Shown here piece by piece: positions 15,358 through 24,213 of a DNA stretch of 60,785 bases. This DNA is from a virus. Its lineage: Duplodnaviria; Caudoviricetes. Location: positions 1 to 60,785 of IMG/VR virus record IMGVR_UViG_3300009008_000039. The stretch is one strand, 5' to 3'. A program made the translations under genes and the position numbers. The notes under the pieces are model-generated. The model was not told the origin of the DNA. It worked only from the letters and a program-made list of their open reading frames with translations, and searched no databases. Position 1 is the first letter of the stretch. Every line of letters begins with the position of its first letter.

Positions 15358-16920
15358 TTATTCCTCTATGATGGCGTTGCTTGTTGTGATGAGCATCGAT
15401 GCAGCAGATACGGCGTTTTGCAAGGCAACTCTGGTCACCTTCGCTGGATCTACAACACCCTCATCGCTCAGGTTTGCTAGTTGAGATCTCTTAAAATCCC
15501 AACCCATAACACCACTATTTGTAACTATATCAACAACTAAGTCTGGGCTGTCGCCAGAGTTAGATGCCATCTGACGGATGGGTGCCTGGAGTGACTTTCT
15601 TAGAATCTCTGCTCCAAAATGCTGGTCTTCGTTATCAGTCTCCACCTCAAAGTCTGCGCACCTCAGCAAAGTGGTGCCTCCGCCAGGAACGATGCCTTCC
15701 TGCTGGGCTGCGTTAACAGCTTCCAGGGCGTCTTCGATGCGGTGTTTGAGTTCTATCATCTCTACTTCAGTCGCGCCGCCAACCTTTATAACCGCAACAC
15801 CTGATTGCAGTCTCGTTATACGTCTTTGCAGGTTCCTGCATTCGTCCATGTCTTCAGTCTGCTTAATCTCGCTCTTCAGGGACTCAATCTTCTTCTCAAC
15901 CTCTTCGTAGTTCGCGGCTCCACCCATGAAAGTGGTGTGATTCTTTAAGACCTCTACCTTCTTACAGACTCCAAAGTCAGACATCTTTATCTCTGCTATG
16001 TTCTTACCAGAGGCCCTATTGAAGAATGCTGCGCCAGTTGCAAGGCACAAGTCTTTCATGATTTCCGCGCGCGCATGGCCGTATTCCGGAGCCTTGACGG
16101 CTGCCACCTTCATACTCCCGCGCACTGCATTCATTATAAGGGCGGCGAGGGCCTGACCTTCAACCTGCTCTGCTACAATTATCAATGGACGTGACTCGCG
16201 TGCAGCTAGCTCAAGTGCTGGGAGGACCTTCTGTACGGTGTCTATCTTGTGATCCGTGACCAGAATCAACGCATCTTCATGCTCTACTGCGTTCTTGCGT
16301 TCATTTGTCACAAACGCCTGGGCGAAGTATCCGGCGCTGAATCTGAATCCTTCGACGAGATCTAAGCTGGTTTCAAAAGACTTGGCTTCTTCGATCAAGA
16401 TGGAACCTTCGTGGCCGGCCTTATCGACAGCGTTAGCTATCAACTTACCAACCGTGGGGTCGTTGTTTGCAGAGATAGAAGCGATGTTCTCAATATCTTG
16501 TAGTGACTCAACCGGGGTCGATACATCTTGTATCTTCTCCACCACTACGGCAAGGGCTTTGTCCATCCCTCGCTTAAGCTCCACAGGAGAGCTACCAGCA
16601 ATCAAATACTTTTGGCTGTTCCTAAGAAGATCGCGGGCTAACACCGTTGATGTAGTTGTTCCGTCTCCGGCGTGAGTGTTTGTTTCTGAGGCGACTTGCT
16701 TAAGAATCTGTGCTCCAGCATTCTCTATCGGACACTGAAGATCGACAAACTTAGCAACTGTGACCCCATCTTTAGTAATGATGGGTCGGCCTTCCTTTTT
16801 GCCTAAAATGACATTTCGCCCTTTTGGGCCAAGCGTGGCTGCCACGTTATCTGCTAACTTCTCGACACCACTAAGTATTTTTTGCTGTAAGTCTAGATCG
16901 TTGGAATAGACTTTGGACAT
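15358..16920 (-). CDS. groEL: Chaperonin GroEL
   Basis: TLGPKGRNV, TKDGVTVA, AGDGTTT, IKVGGATEVE, GIVPGGG, DPAKVTR; no GGM tail. Confidence 0.97.
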   Translation of the reverse strand: MSKVYSNDLDLQQKILSGVEKLADNVAATLGPKGRNVILGKKEGRPIITKDGVTVAKFVDLQCPIENAGAQILKQVASETNTHAGDGTTTSTVLARDLLRNSQKYLIAGSSPVELKRGMDKALAVVVEKIQDVSTPVESLQDIENIASISANNDPTVGKLIANAVDKAGHEGSILIEEAKSFETSLDLVEGFRFSAGYFAQAFVTNERKNAVEHEDALILVTDHKIDTVQKVLPALELAARESRPLIIVAEQVEGQALAALIMNAVRGSMKVAAVKAPEYGHARAEIMKDLCLATGAAFFNRASGKNIAEIKMSDFGVCKKVEVLKNHTTFMGGAANYEEVEKKIESLKSEIKQTEDMDECRNLQRRITRLQSGVAVIKVGGATEVEMIELKHRIEDALEAVNAAQQEGIVPGGGTTLLRCADFEVETDNEDQHFGAEILRKSLQAPIRQMASNSGDSPDLVVDIVTNSGVMGWDFKRSQLANLSDEGVVDPAKVTRVALQNAVSAASMLITTSNAIIEE

Positions 16921-16990
16921 ACACACCTCTCTTGTTATAAAGTAAGAACAGTATAAAACAAATCAACAATAATATTAAATTAATTTAAAT

Positions 16991-18157
16991 TTATGTTAGA
17001 TCACCAAGTAAACTTTCAACTAATTTCACGTACCCATCCACATTTTGTGGGTTCTCAGGAGAGTATCTCCATAGGTATTCCTCTGTTTTGTCTCCGTTCA
17101 CCATGGTCGTTCTTTCATCTTCCAAGGCCAATTTAAGTTGGCGCGCGCCTTCTTCAACATCGAACTCGTCATAATAATACCCCACCTCTTTAAAAAACGG
17201 CGAATTGTGTACCATGGGGATATCCAAATAAAGAGCCTCCAAGTAAACATAATTCAGAGCACAACAATGCTGGTGTGATAAAAGCAAGCCAGCATATTTA
17301 GAAAATGTGTCAACTAAGCTGTATCTCTTCTCGAAGGACAATTTTCTCTCCCTCACAACAGCGGTCGGAACAAACAAACTCTTTGCGACAGGATTCTCCT
17401 TCAAGTGTATACCGTTAAACACGGACGCATATTCAAATATCGCCGGGTCTTGGCCGTGCAAGTTCTCAACAATCGCAACGGGTATAGTACATGTCTTCAC
17501 TGTGCCAAGATTTGGTTCTACTATTGCAATTTTTCTTTTGTCGCCTTTTGGAAAACTCTCTCTGGTGTATTGCTTTTCGTCGAGAAGCTCTTGGAAGTAT
17601 TCCGACGACCACACGTAAGGAGCAATATCGGCAGATGGTGCAGCTAGCATCGTCTTAAACCAACCCAACCATGGCTTGAAATGTGGAGAGACCCAAACAG
17701 CATCGCGTCCAGGCGCCAATTCCGGTGGCAGGCTGGGACTGTTATTCACAAGCCTCTCTACATAATCAATGTATAGGTTCCCATAAAACAAAGAAGCTAT
17801 CTTTATTTTTGGATTGGCGCTCCTGATTTTCTTCAATCGTGGTGTGTCGTACATAAATCCAGCTTCGATAAGTACATCTAACTCTTTCAACAAATCGTAG
17901 TATTCATCAGCCTTTCTGTGATATGCTTTCACACCTGGAAAAGACTTTGCCAGGTATTTCTTTTCTTCATGAAATTGTGCCATATCCTCTTCGTCGGTTT
18001 TAGCCGATGGGTTGACATCAAATATCAAACACACATCAAATTTTCCAGCCTTATGGAGCAATTTTTGCAAAGTAAAGATGTTCTGGTGGATCCCGTTGGT
18101 AAATAACTTCTTGTTATTTGAACCGTTTCGGTTGATTGTGATGGCCAGCTTCTTCAA
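16991..18157 (-). CDS. DUF2827-like putative glycosyltransferase
   Basis: NGIHQN, EPNL..VKT..IP, NYVYLEALY...PMVHNS...GYYY..FD..EGA. Confidence 0.6.
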   Translation of the reverse strand: MKKLAITINRNGSNNKKLFTNGIHQNIFTLQKLLHKAGKFDVCLIFDVNPSAKTDEEDMAQFHEEKKYLAKSFPGVKAYHRKADEYYDLLKELDVLIEAGFMYDTPRLKKIRSANPKIKIASLFYGNLYIDYVERLVNNSPSLPPELAPGRDAVWVSPHFKPWLGWFKTMLAAPSADIAPYVWSSEYFQELLDEKQYTRESFPKGDKRKIAIVEPNLGTVKTCTIPVAIVENLHGQDPAIFEYASVFNGIHLKENPVAKSLFVPTAVVRERKLSFEKRYSLVDTFSKYAGLLLSHQHCCALNYVYLEALYLDIPMVHNSPFFKEVGYYYDEFDVEEGARQLKLALEDERTTMVNGDKTEEYLWRYSPENPQNVDGYVKLVESLLGDLT

Positions 18158-18172
18158 CTTTTATATTTCCAA

Positions 18173-19873
18173 TCAAAGTTCAGTTGGAGTTGCGTTCTGC
18201 GGTCTTAATTCTTGCGTCTTAGCTTCGACATCGCGAGATGCATTGATCGCCTTCTCAGCTTGCTTATCATCCTGCAGGCCTCCGGCCATGAATGCATAGG
18301 TGCCTTCTTGAATCATTTTGACGCTCTCAAAAATAGTGAAAATACTTTGATTTAGTTCTTCGGTCATTTTGTTGAGCACCTCCTGCACATAAGATGCGCC
18401 TATCATAATTGTGCCAATATCAACCGAGCTTTGGCCCACTGGAAGCGTTGTGAATTCACCGGCTAGGTTTTCGATATTCAGCACTTGGCCTCTATTTAAG
18501 TCAAACTGCAGTGTCTGCAAGTAGCCTCGGGAGTTTATTAGCGCTTTCTTTTTCATCTCGGGGTTTGTTAGAGAATTATAAAACTCCATCGATGTCTCTG
18601 CGTCAGCGAACACACCCTGGGTTGACAATATTTTGTTTCTCTCGTCGGCCATCCTCTTTGCTGAAAAGCTCTGTCTGACATCGTTGTTGGCATGCGATAT
18701 TGCGCTTCTTACGCCTTGCAGTTGAACGCCGGCATACCCCTGCCCTCCCAGAGCATTGACCACGGCAGCTTTTACAGCAGCGTTGTTCGCACCAATCTTG
18801 CTCACACCCCTCACGACCATAAGGCGTTCTCCGCGTGGCTCAGGAGTAAAAATTTCTTCGTTGTTCGCCCAGTCAATGTGATCTGCTATGGCATCGATCT
18901 CTTCTGTTGTGAAACCCTTTTCCTGCATTCTTTCGCTCAAGAACTGGTAGAACTGCGATTCTAGCTCCTCAACAGATGGCAAGTTTTCTTGGCTCGGAAG
19001 TGTTGAATTAAAGTCGAAATCAACGTTTCCGGCACTAAACTCTTCAATCATTTGTTGTGGCATCTCGATGCACCTAATTGACTTGCCCATAGAATTTAAA
19101 ACTATGTTCGCTACATTGTCTATCGTGAAATTAAATCGATAGAACTTCAATTGACCCTTAACATCAAGTCCCTGAGATTCTCCTTCAAAAGACTTAAGTA
19201 CAACAACGTATTGCATGTAATCATGTGGACTAAACTGTGGGTTAACTAAGTCGCCGACCAAATCAGTAAAACTTCCTCCAACTACAAGGCTTTTTTCACT
19301 ATAAAGCTTCAAGCTGATAGGTGTGTTGTCTCCGGCTGTGAAGTCCGCAATTGTGCCAGTATTGGCTTTAATTTGCGCACCCTCAAGCAACACAGCAAGA
19401 AACGCTTCGAAGTTAAATCCTGCTGAAGCGGCATTAAAGTTGGAAATAACCTTCGTCAGTGTTTTATAAAATACAAGATAAGATAAAGCATTAGATATCC
19501 GCTGGCCAGGCGTGCCGCCCTCAAGGTTAATTGAGTCCGGATTGTTGTAGAAGCTAGCTAACGAATTGATCTTCTCTTGCAGATCAGTGCCGCTAATGTT
19601 CTTTGTGAACTGCAGTAACTGATTTCTTGCGGGTCCGGAGATCTCTTGATCTCCAATCGTTCGCACGTCAGTCCAACCAAGCTCCGTGACGGCAATCTCT
19701 GGGATTGACTGCAGTGTTAGTTGCGCACCCTCCACTTGCTCTCTCAGGGTGCGGCGCTTCTTCACCTTGCTCTCTGCTTCAAGCACCTCCCCGACCATCT
19801 CTAAAAGAAAGTTTAAGTCTAATTCTTTTTCAAAATAGTTTTCTTTAATGTATTTCAGTTCATTTTTATTCAT
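18173..19873 (-). CDS. Large acidic hypothetical protein, probably virion-internal
   Basis: N-terminal I/L-x-E motifs; late-type motif upstream; AGFNFE...AD...ISLK could be a PD-(D/E)xK-like core. Confidence 0.6.
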   Translation of the reverse strand: MNKNELKYIKENYFEKELDLNFLLEMVGEVLEAESKVKKRRTLREQVEGAQLTLQSIPEIAVTELGWTDVRTIGDQEISGPARNQLLQFTKNISGTDLQEKINSLASFYNNPDSINLEGGTPGQRISNALSYLVFYKTLTKVISNFNAASAGFNFEAFLAVLLEGAQIKANTGTIADFTAGDNTPISLKLYSEKSLVVGGSFTDLVGDLVNPQFSPHDYMQYVVVLKSFEGESQGLDVKGQLKFYRFNFTIDNVANIVLNSMGKSIRCIEMPQQMIEEFSAGNVDFDFNSTLPSQENLPSVEELESQFYQFLSERMQEKGFTTEEIDAIADHIDWANNEEIFTPEPRGERLMVVRGVSKIGANNAAVKAAVVNALGGQGYAGVQLQGVRSAISHANNDVRQSFSAKRMADERNKILSTQGVFADAETSMEFYNSLTNPEMKKKALINSRGYLQTLQFDLNRGQVLNIENLAGEFTTLPVGQSSVDIGTIMIGASYVQEVLNKMTEELNQSIFTIFESVKMIQEGTYAFMAGGLQDDKQAEKAINASRDVEAKTQELRPQNATPTEL

Positions 19874-19891
19874 AAAAACACCTCTATATAA

Positions 19892-20566
19892 TTAGAAAAT
19901 TATATCCGCAATTCCCAATTTTACTGCCTCTTCCGCATCTAAATAGACATTTGTCTTTCTGCCCATGAGGCGCTTTATGTAATTTGGGGTCATGTTTGTC
20001 TCTTCAGCTAGTGCCTTTATGTACATCTTTTGTATGTACTTCGTCTCCTTGAACTCGTGCTCCATGTCGCCAATGTAGCCCGACTGGCCGGCGATGACAC
20101 CATGAATCATAACGCGGCAATATTTTCCAATTCGCCTCTGACCTTTGGTACCTGAAGCCAAGAGGAGGACGCCGGCGGACATCACCTTCCCCACACCCTT
20201 GGTGTGCACGGGCGCGCGTTGTTTTATGTCTCTAATAATGTCATATACTGAGAACATCTCTGCTGCGTGGCCGCCGTGTGTCGAGATGACAAAGTCAATA
20301 GGCTCCGGTTCAAATCCTTCGGTAGCCAATTGCGCCGGAGTAGGGGATAGAGCTATTAAGCCAAATATAGCCTCGGAACACCTGGTCTCTGTGACATCCC
20401 CGTAGATACCTGTCAGCCTTAGCTCTGGTTGACCTGGTGGGGGCCCTAAAAGATTAAGCAACTCCATCTTCTCTTGTTCATTCAGTGTATCTGTGTTGGC
20501 ACCTTCTTGATCTTCAGAAGTTGTATTTTCATCAGTAGATTTCTCATTGTCTTCGAATTTTTTCAT
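19892..20566 (-). CDS. clpP: ClpP-family protease
   Basis: ISTHGG, GKVMSAG (Ser), MIHG (His), YLDAEEAVKLGIADII. Confidence 0.88.
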   Translation of the reverse strand: MKKFEDNEKSTDENTTSEDQEGANTDTLNEQEKMELLNLLGPPPGQPELRLTGIYGDVTETRCSEAIFGLIALSPTPAQLATEGFEPEPIDFVISTHGGHAAEMFSVYDIIRDIKQRAPVHTKGVGKVMSAGVLLLASGTKGQRRIGKYCRVMIHGVIAGQSGYIGDMEHEFKETKYIQKMYIKALAEETNMTPNYIKRLMGRKTNVYLDAEEAVKLGIADIIF

Positions 20567-20915
20567 CTATCTCTCCTTGTTGTTCAACCAAGTGAAGGAT
20601 TCTCATCGCCTTGTCCCAATCCTCGACCGCGATGGTGCTCCAAATGTGATTTGGTATTGTGTTTCTCAAGCCCAAGAGCGCTATTCTCTGCCAGTGATAA
20701 AAAACGGCCTCAACGTTGCTCTTTTGGTCTGGGTCTGCAAGAATTAATACATCTTGCGCCATGTCGTTTGCTAGTTTAAGAGCGGAAAGGCAATTAATAA
20801 AAGTAGCATGATACATTCTTTGTTTATCCATCGCATTAAATATACGAACCGCTATTATGTGAGAAAGCGCCCCAGCGAAGAACATAAAGAAAGCGCCGGC
20901 TATGTCTAACTCCAT
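20544..20915 (-). CDS. Hypothetical protein with N-terminal TM (start MELDIAG)
   Basis: AAGGAG SD 6 nt upstream. Confidence 0.6.
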   Translation of the reverse strand: MELDIAGAFFMFFAGALSHIIAVRIFNAMDKQRMYHATFINCLSALKLANDMAQDVLILADPDQKSNVEAVFYHWQRIALLGLRNTIPNHIWSTIAVEDWDKAMRILHLVEQQGEIDEKIRRQ

Positions 20916-20931
20916 TTTCATCTCCTTTTGC

Positions 20932-20962
20932 AAAAAAAAAGGCAGACCCCGTGGTCTGCCTT
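20932..20962 (-). terminator. Intrinsic terminator
   Basis: AAGGCAGAC/GTCTGCCTT stem then T9. Confidence 0.85.
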
Positions 20963-20987
20963 GAATCAACAACACACTTTTTACTTC

Positions 20988-21563
20988 TTACATTGATGAT
21001 AGTCGGCGGGCGACGGCTCGGTAGACCTCGCTAACAAGTTCTTCGTCCATCTGCTCATCGAGTTCTTCTGCTAATTCCAGATCTTCGGGAAGCATCTCGC
21101 CTTCTTCCTCCGCGCCGAGATCGGCTGCGGCGTCGACGGGCTCTTCCATAGGCGCCTCAGCGTCTAGATCGGCTTCTAAGTCTGCACCTGCATCGAGGTC
21201 GAGATCGGCGTCGGCACCCTCAGAATCAACCACTTCTAGGGCGTCTGCGAGATCATCTCTGCCTACGGCGCGGAATGTGTCCTGGAGCCCCTGCACTACG
21301 GTTTTAACACCTTCGAGGGCTTGGGCATCGGCGTCTTCAGCGGGGGCGTCCTCTGGGGCCATTTCCATCTCTGGGGCCGTCTCTGCTTCTTCTTCTCCGG
21401 CCATCAGGCCTGGATCGGAGCCATCGAGCCCAGGGGCCTCTTCGTCCGGAAGCATCTCTGCTTGCTCGTCGATCCGGTCAACAAAATCATCTGTAAGACT
21501 GCCAATATTAGCAAATTTCATGAACTTGCGGACTTCGGCTTCGTTTAAAAGTTGTTTCTTCAT
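20988..21563 (-). CDS. Very acidic protein, probably prohead-core/internal type
   Basis: MKKQLLNEAEVRKFMKFANI; E/D/A/P-rich; late-type motif upstream. Confidence 0.65.
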   Translation of the reverse strand: MKKQLLNEAEVRKFMKFANIGSLTDDFVDRIDEQAEMLPDEEAPGLDGSDPGLMAGEEEAETAPEMEMAPEDAPAEDADAQALEGVKTVVQGLQDTFRAVGRDDLADALEVVDSEGADADLDLDAGADLEADLDAEAPMEEPVDAAADLGAEEEGEMLPEDLELAEELDEQMDEELVSEVYRAVARRLSSM

Positions 21564-21601
21564 CTATATATCTCCTCGAAGATGCACATTTGGCGTACAC
21601 A

Positions 21602-21841
21602 TTAAATAGCTTCTTTCTCGAAGAAATGACCAATTTTTTTCACTGCAACGTCTTGAATTTGTTTTATTCTGACATAACTGACTCCTAACCTTTCGGATAT
21701 TTCCCGCAGAGTCATTGCGCCATTCTTTTCTACCGTCTCGAATGTACAATTATATTCACCTTCATAATCTATCCAAAAACGACAATCTTTTATAGGACAT
21801 GCGACCGAAAGTTTCTTGCATGTCATCAAACACTTTCTCAT
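21602..21841 (-). CDS. Stand-alone sigma70 region-4 HTH protein with Cys-rich N-terminus
   Basis: MTLREISERLGVSYVRIKQIQDVAVKKI resembles TLEEVG..F.VTRERIRQIE.KAL.KL. Confidence 0.75.
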   Translation of the reverse strand: MRKCLMTCKKLSVACPIKDCRFWIDYEGEYNCTFETVEKNGAMTLREISERLGVSYVRIKQIQDVAVKKIGHFFEKEAI

Positions 21842-22185
21842 AATTCTACCTCTCTTTCTATCATATCAAATATGCTTTCTTTCTCTTCTTCATTTAGTGC
21901 AAATTTTTCGATATTTTTATTTGTGTTCTTTCTCAAGTTTGATAACTTGGCTCTCTTCGTGGCGCCTTGCATATTGTGCTTTTCCTTTTGTTTCTCCAGA
22001 AATTCTACAATGGCTGAATCTCCCTCTATGTATCCTGTCAACATCATGCGAAAGAATTGGGATTGCGTTATCCCATCATGCTGGCATCTTATTCTAAGCC
22101 TAGTTTGTCTATCAGCAGTATCGTAAAACATTACTTTTTTTCGTTCCGAGGGGTCTGGCGTAAGATAACTCACTTGTTCCTCCAT
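21838..22185 (-). CDS. Putative ribbon-helix-helix-like DNA-binding protein
   Basis: KKVMFY...RLRIRCQHDGITQSQFFRMMLTGYI. Confidence 0.45.
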   Translation of the reverse strand: MEEQVSYLTPDPSERKKVMFYDTADRQTRLRIRCQHDGITQSQFFRMMLTGYIEGDSAIVEFLEKQKEKHNMQGATKRAKLSNLRKNTNKNIEKFALNEEEKESIFDMIEREVEL

Positions 22186-23186
22186 AGAATGTGTGTGTTA
22201 CTCTCGCTCTGGCCGGCCGGGGTTTGAATGATAAACTCACACTTGGCTCTAAGTTCTGTTAGGTTCTTAGCGCCAGAATAGGAAAGGCCACTCTTTATTC
22301 CCCCTTCTATATCAGCCAAAATGTCTGCCACTCTGCCCTTATATGGCACTGTGGTCGACACGCCCTCTGGGGTAGATGACTTGCCCCGCCATTTGTTCTG
22401 GGCTTCTGAGGATGCCATGCCACGATAAACCTTGTATCTCTTTCCGTCTGCGCTCTTGAATGTTTGGCCGGGGGTCTCTGCTGTCCCTGCTAGTACGGAG
22501 CCGACCATAACAAAGTCTGCTCCAGCGGCCAGGGCCTTTACCATGTCGCCGGCAGTCTTGATACCACCGTCTGCGATTATCTTTACATCGTGCTCCGTCC
22601 TGGCGCAGTCAAGAATACTTTGGAAGGTTGGAACGCCGTGACCGCTAACCAATCTTGTTGAGCAAATGCTTCCGCCGCCGATGCCAACTCGCACAGAGTC
22701 TGCGCCCCACCTTGCGAGCGCATCAAAGGCATCCAGGGTCGCAACGTTACCGGCCATGACATGGACAGTATCTCCGAAATCATCCTTCAGGCTCTTCAAA
22801 CACCTTTCCATCATAGTGTGATGTCCGTGGGCAACGTCAACACAGACGATCCTTACTCCACTGCGGTCGACCAAGTTTCTAGCCCTTTCGACATAATCTC
22901 CAGTCATTCCAATTGCGGCGGCCTTGATTTCAGTTTCTGCCTTATATATAGCGTCACACTGTTGATCTATCGTGTTGTATCTGTGGAGAATCCCAACGCC
23001 TCCTGCGCGGGCCATGCAGGTCGCCATCTTGTGTCCCGTGACGGTATCCATAGGACTAGAGATAACTGGGAGCTTGAAGGATATTCCCTCCCCCAGTTCG
23101 CTTGAAGTGTCCACCTGTGTTCTGCTTTCTATGTTGCTATGTTTAGGCACCAGCAACACGTCATCAAACGATAATGCATTTTTCAT
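22170..23186 (-). CDS. guaB: IMP dehydrogenase/GMP reductase (no CBS domains)
   Basis: SFDDVLLVP, SSPMDTVT, DVAHGH, GIGGGSICSTR, IADGG, YRGMAS, PEGV. Confidence 0.88.
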   Translation of the reverse strand: MKNALSFDDVLLVPKHSNIESRTQVDTSSELGEGISFKLPVISSPMDTVTGHKMATCMARAGGVGILHRYNTIDQQCDAIYKAETEIKAAAIGMTGDYVERARNLVDRSGVRIVCVDVAHGHHTMMERCLKSLKDDFGDTVHVMAGNVATLDAFDALARWGADSVRVGIGGGSICSTRLVSGHGVPTFQSILDCARTEHDVKIIADGGIKTAGDMVKALAAGADFVMVGSVLAGTAETPGQTFKSADGKRYKVYRGMASSEAQNKWRGKSSTPEGVSTTVPYKGRVADILADIEGGIKSGLSYSGAKNLTELRAKCEFIIQTPAGQSESNTHILWRNK

Positions 23187-23413
23187 TTCTCTTCCTCTTC
23201 TATATTTGCTATCATTCTCTCGACATACCACTTGGCTTTCTTGAGGTCTGCCAAGGGGTTTTCCTTATACTTGTGTCTGGAAATGTATTTAATTGCGTTT
23301 CCAGTATTGAAGTCCATGTCCCAAGATTCTATAAACTCTATCACCTCGATACCCTTGTTGTAGTGCTCGGGGTGGTTCACTAATTCTTTCTTTGGGCGAA
23401 GATCAGAATCCAT
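23183..23413 (-). CDS. DUF3310 family protein (T7 gp1.7-like)
   Basis: VNHPEHY, GNAIKY..R..K, DLKKAKWY. Confidence 0.85.
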   Translation of the reverse strand: MDSDLRPKKELVNHPEHYNKGIEVIEFIESWDMDFNTGNAIKYISRHKYKENPLADLKKAKWYVERMIANIEEEEK

Positions 23414-23954
23414 TTGGCGTCCAACCTTCACCCACAAGGCGACCAATATTACGATCTCGCATCTGTAAATTAGCCAGACTAGTCTTGTTTTCAGTCTGCG
23501 GGCTGTCTGTGCTACCTAGATTGCCTTCTTCTCTGTTCGATATACAAATACCCTCATTATCGTACAAATTTTCATCATCGCGATGGCGTAGCCTCATTGG
23601 CACAACAGGCACCAAGACCAACTGCGCAATCTTATCACCGAACAGGACCTTCTGCTGTGAGAGGCCGATGTTGTGCAAGTCAATGAAGACCTCGCCACTG
23701 TAGCCGCTATCAATGATGTGTGCTCCGACCACCAAGCTCCTCTTTGCGCCCATTGATGAGCGATTGCAGACCTGCAACATATATCCGTGCGGAATGCCAA
23801 ATTTTAAACCAGTTGGGATAAGCTTGTTTTCTCCGGCGCGCAAAGTAATACTCTCGTCTGAGAGGTGAGCGTACACATCCAAGCCGGCATCAGATGGGTT
23901 AGACCTCGTTGGGGTCTGCACTGTGTCCGCTATCTTGTGATATTCCAATATCAT
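23403..23954 (-). CDS. dut: dUTPase (trimeric)
   Basis: DAGLD, IPTGL, RSS, IDSGYSGE, GDKIAQL, R-EG-LGST. Confidence 0.93.
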   Translation of the reverse strand: MILEYHKIADTVQTPTRSNPSDAGLDVYAHLSDESITLRAGENKLIPTGLKFGIPHGYMLQVCNRSSMGAKRSLVVGAHIIDSGYSGEVFIDLHNIGLSQQKVLFGDKIAQLVLVPVVPMRLRHRDDENLYDNEGICISNREEGNLGSTDSPQTENKTSLANLQMRDRNIGRLVGEGWTPNGF

Positions 23955-24210
23955 CTTGAATCTCCTTAATTAAATTGTGTGCTTTCTGCCAACACTCTGG
24001 GCAGTAAAGTCTAACTACTTGTTCTTGCTCTCTGACAACAACGTTCCAGGTTGTTGCGTGTTCCTTGGATTTTTTATCAAATGGTTCTTGACACGCGGCG
24101 CATTCGTCGTCCAGCATATCAAACATCATCAGCTTTTTGGCCATTTGCTTTTCAGCTTTTTTATATTTCTTTTCCTGGTTTCTGGCCATCTTTCTTTTTA
24201 AACTTCCCAT
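23899..24210 (-). CDS. Hypothetical Zn-ribbon protein
   Basis: CAAC...YCPEC. Confidence 0.65.
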   Translation of the reverse strand: MGSLKRKMARNQEKKYKKAEKQMAKKLMMFDMLDDECAACQEPFDKKSKEHATTWNVVVREQEQVVRLYCPECWQKAHNLIKEIQDDIGISQDSGHSADPNEV

Positions 24211-24213
24211 TAT

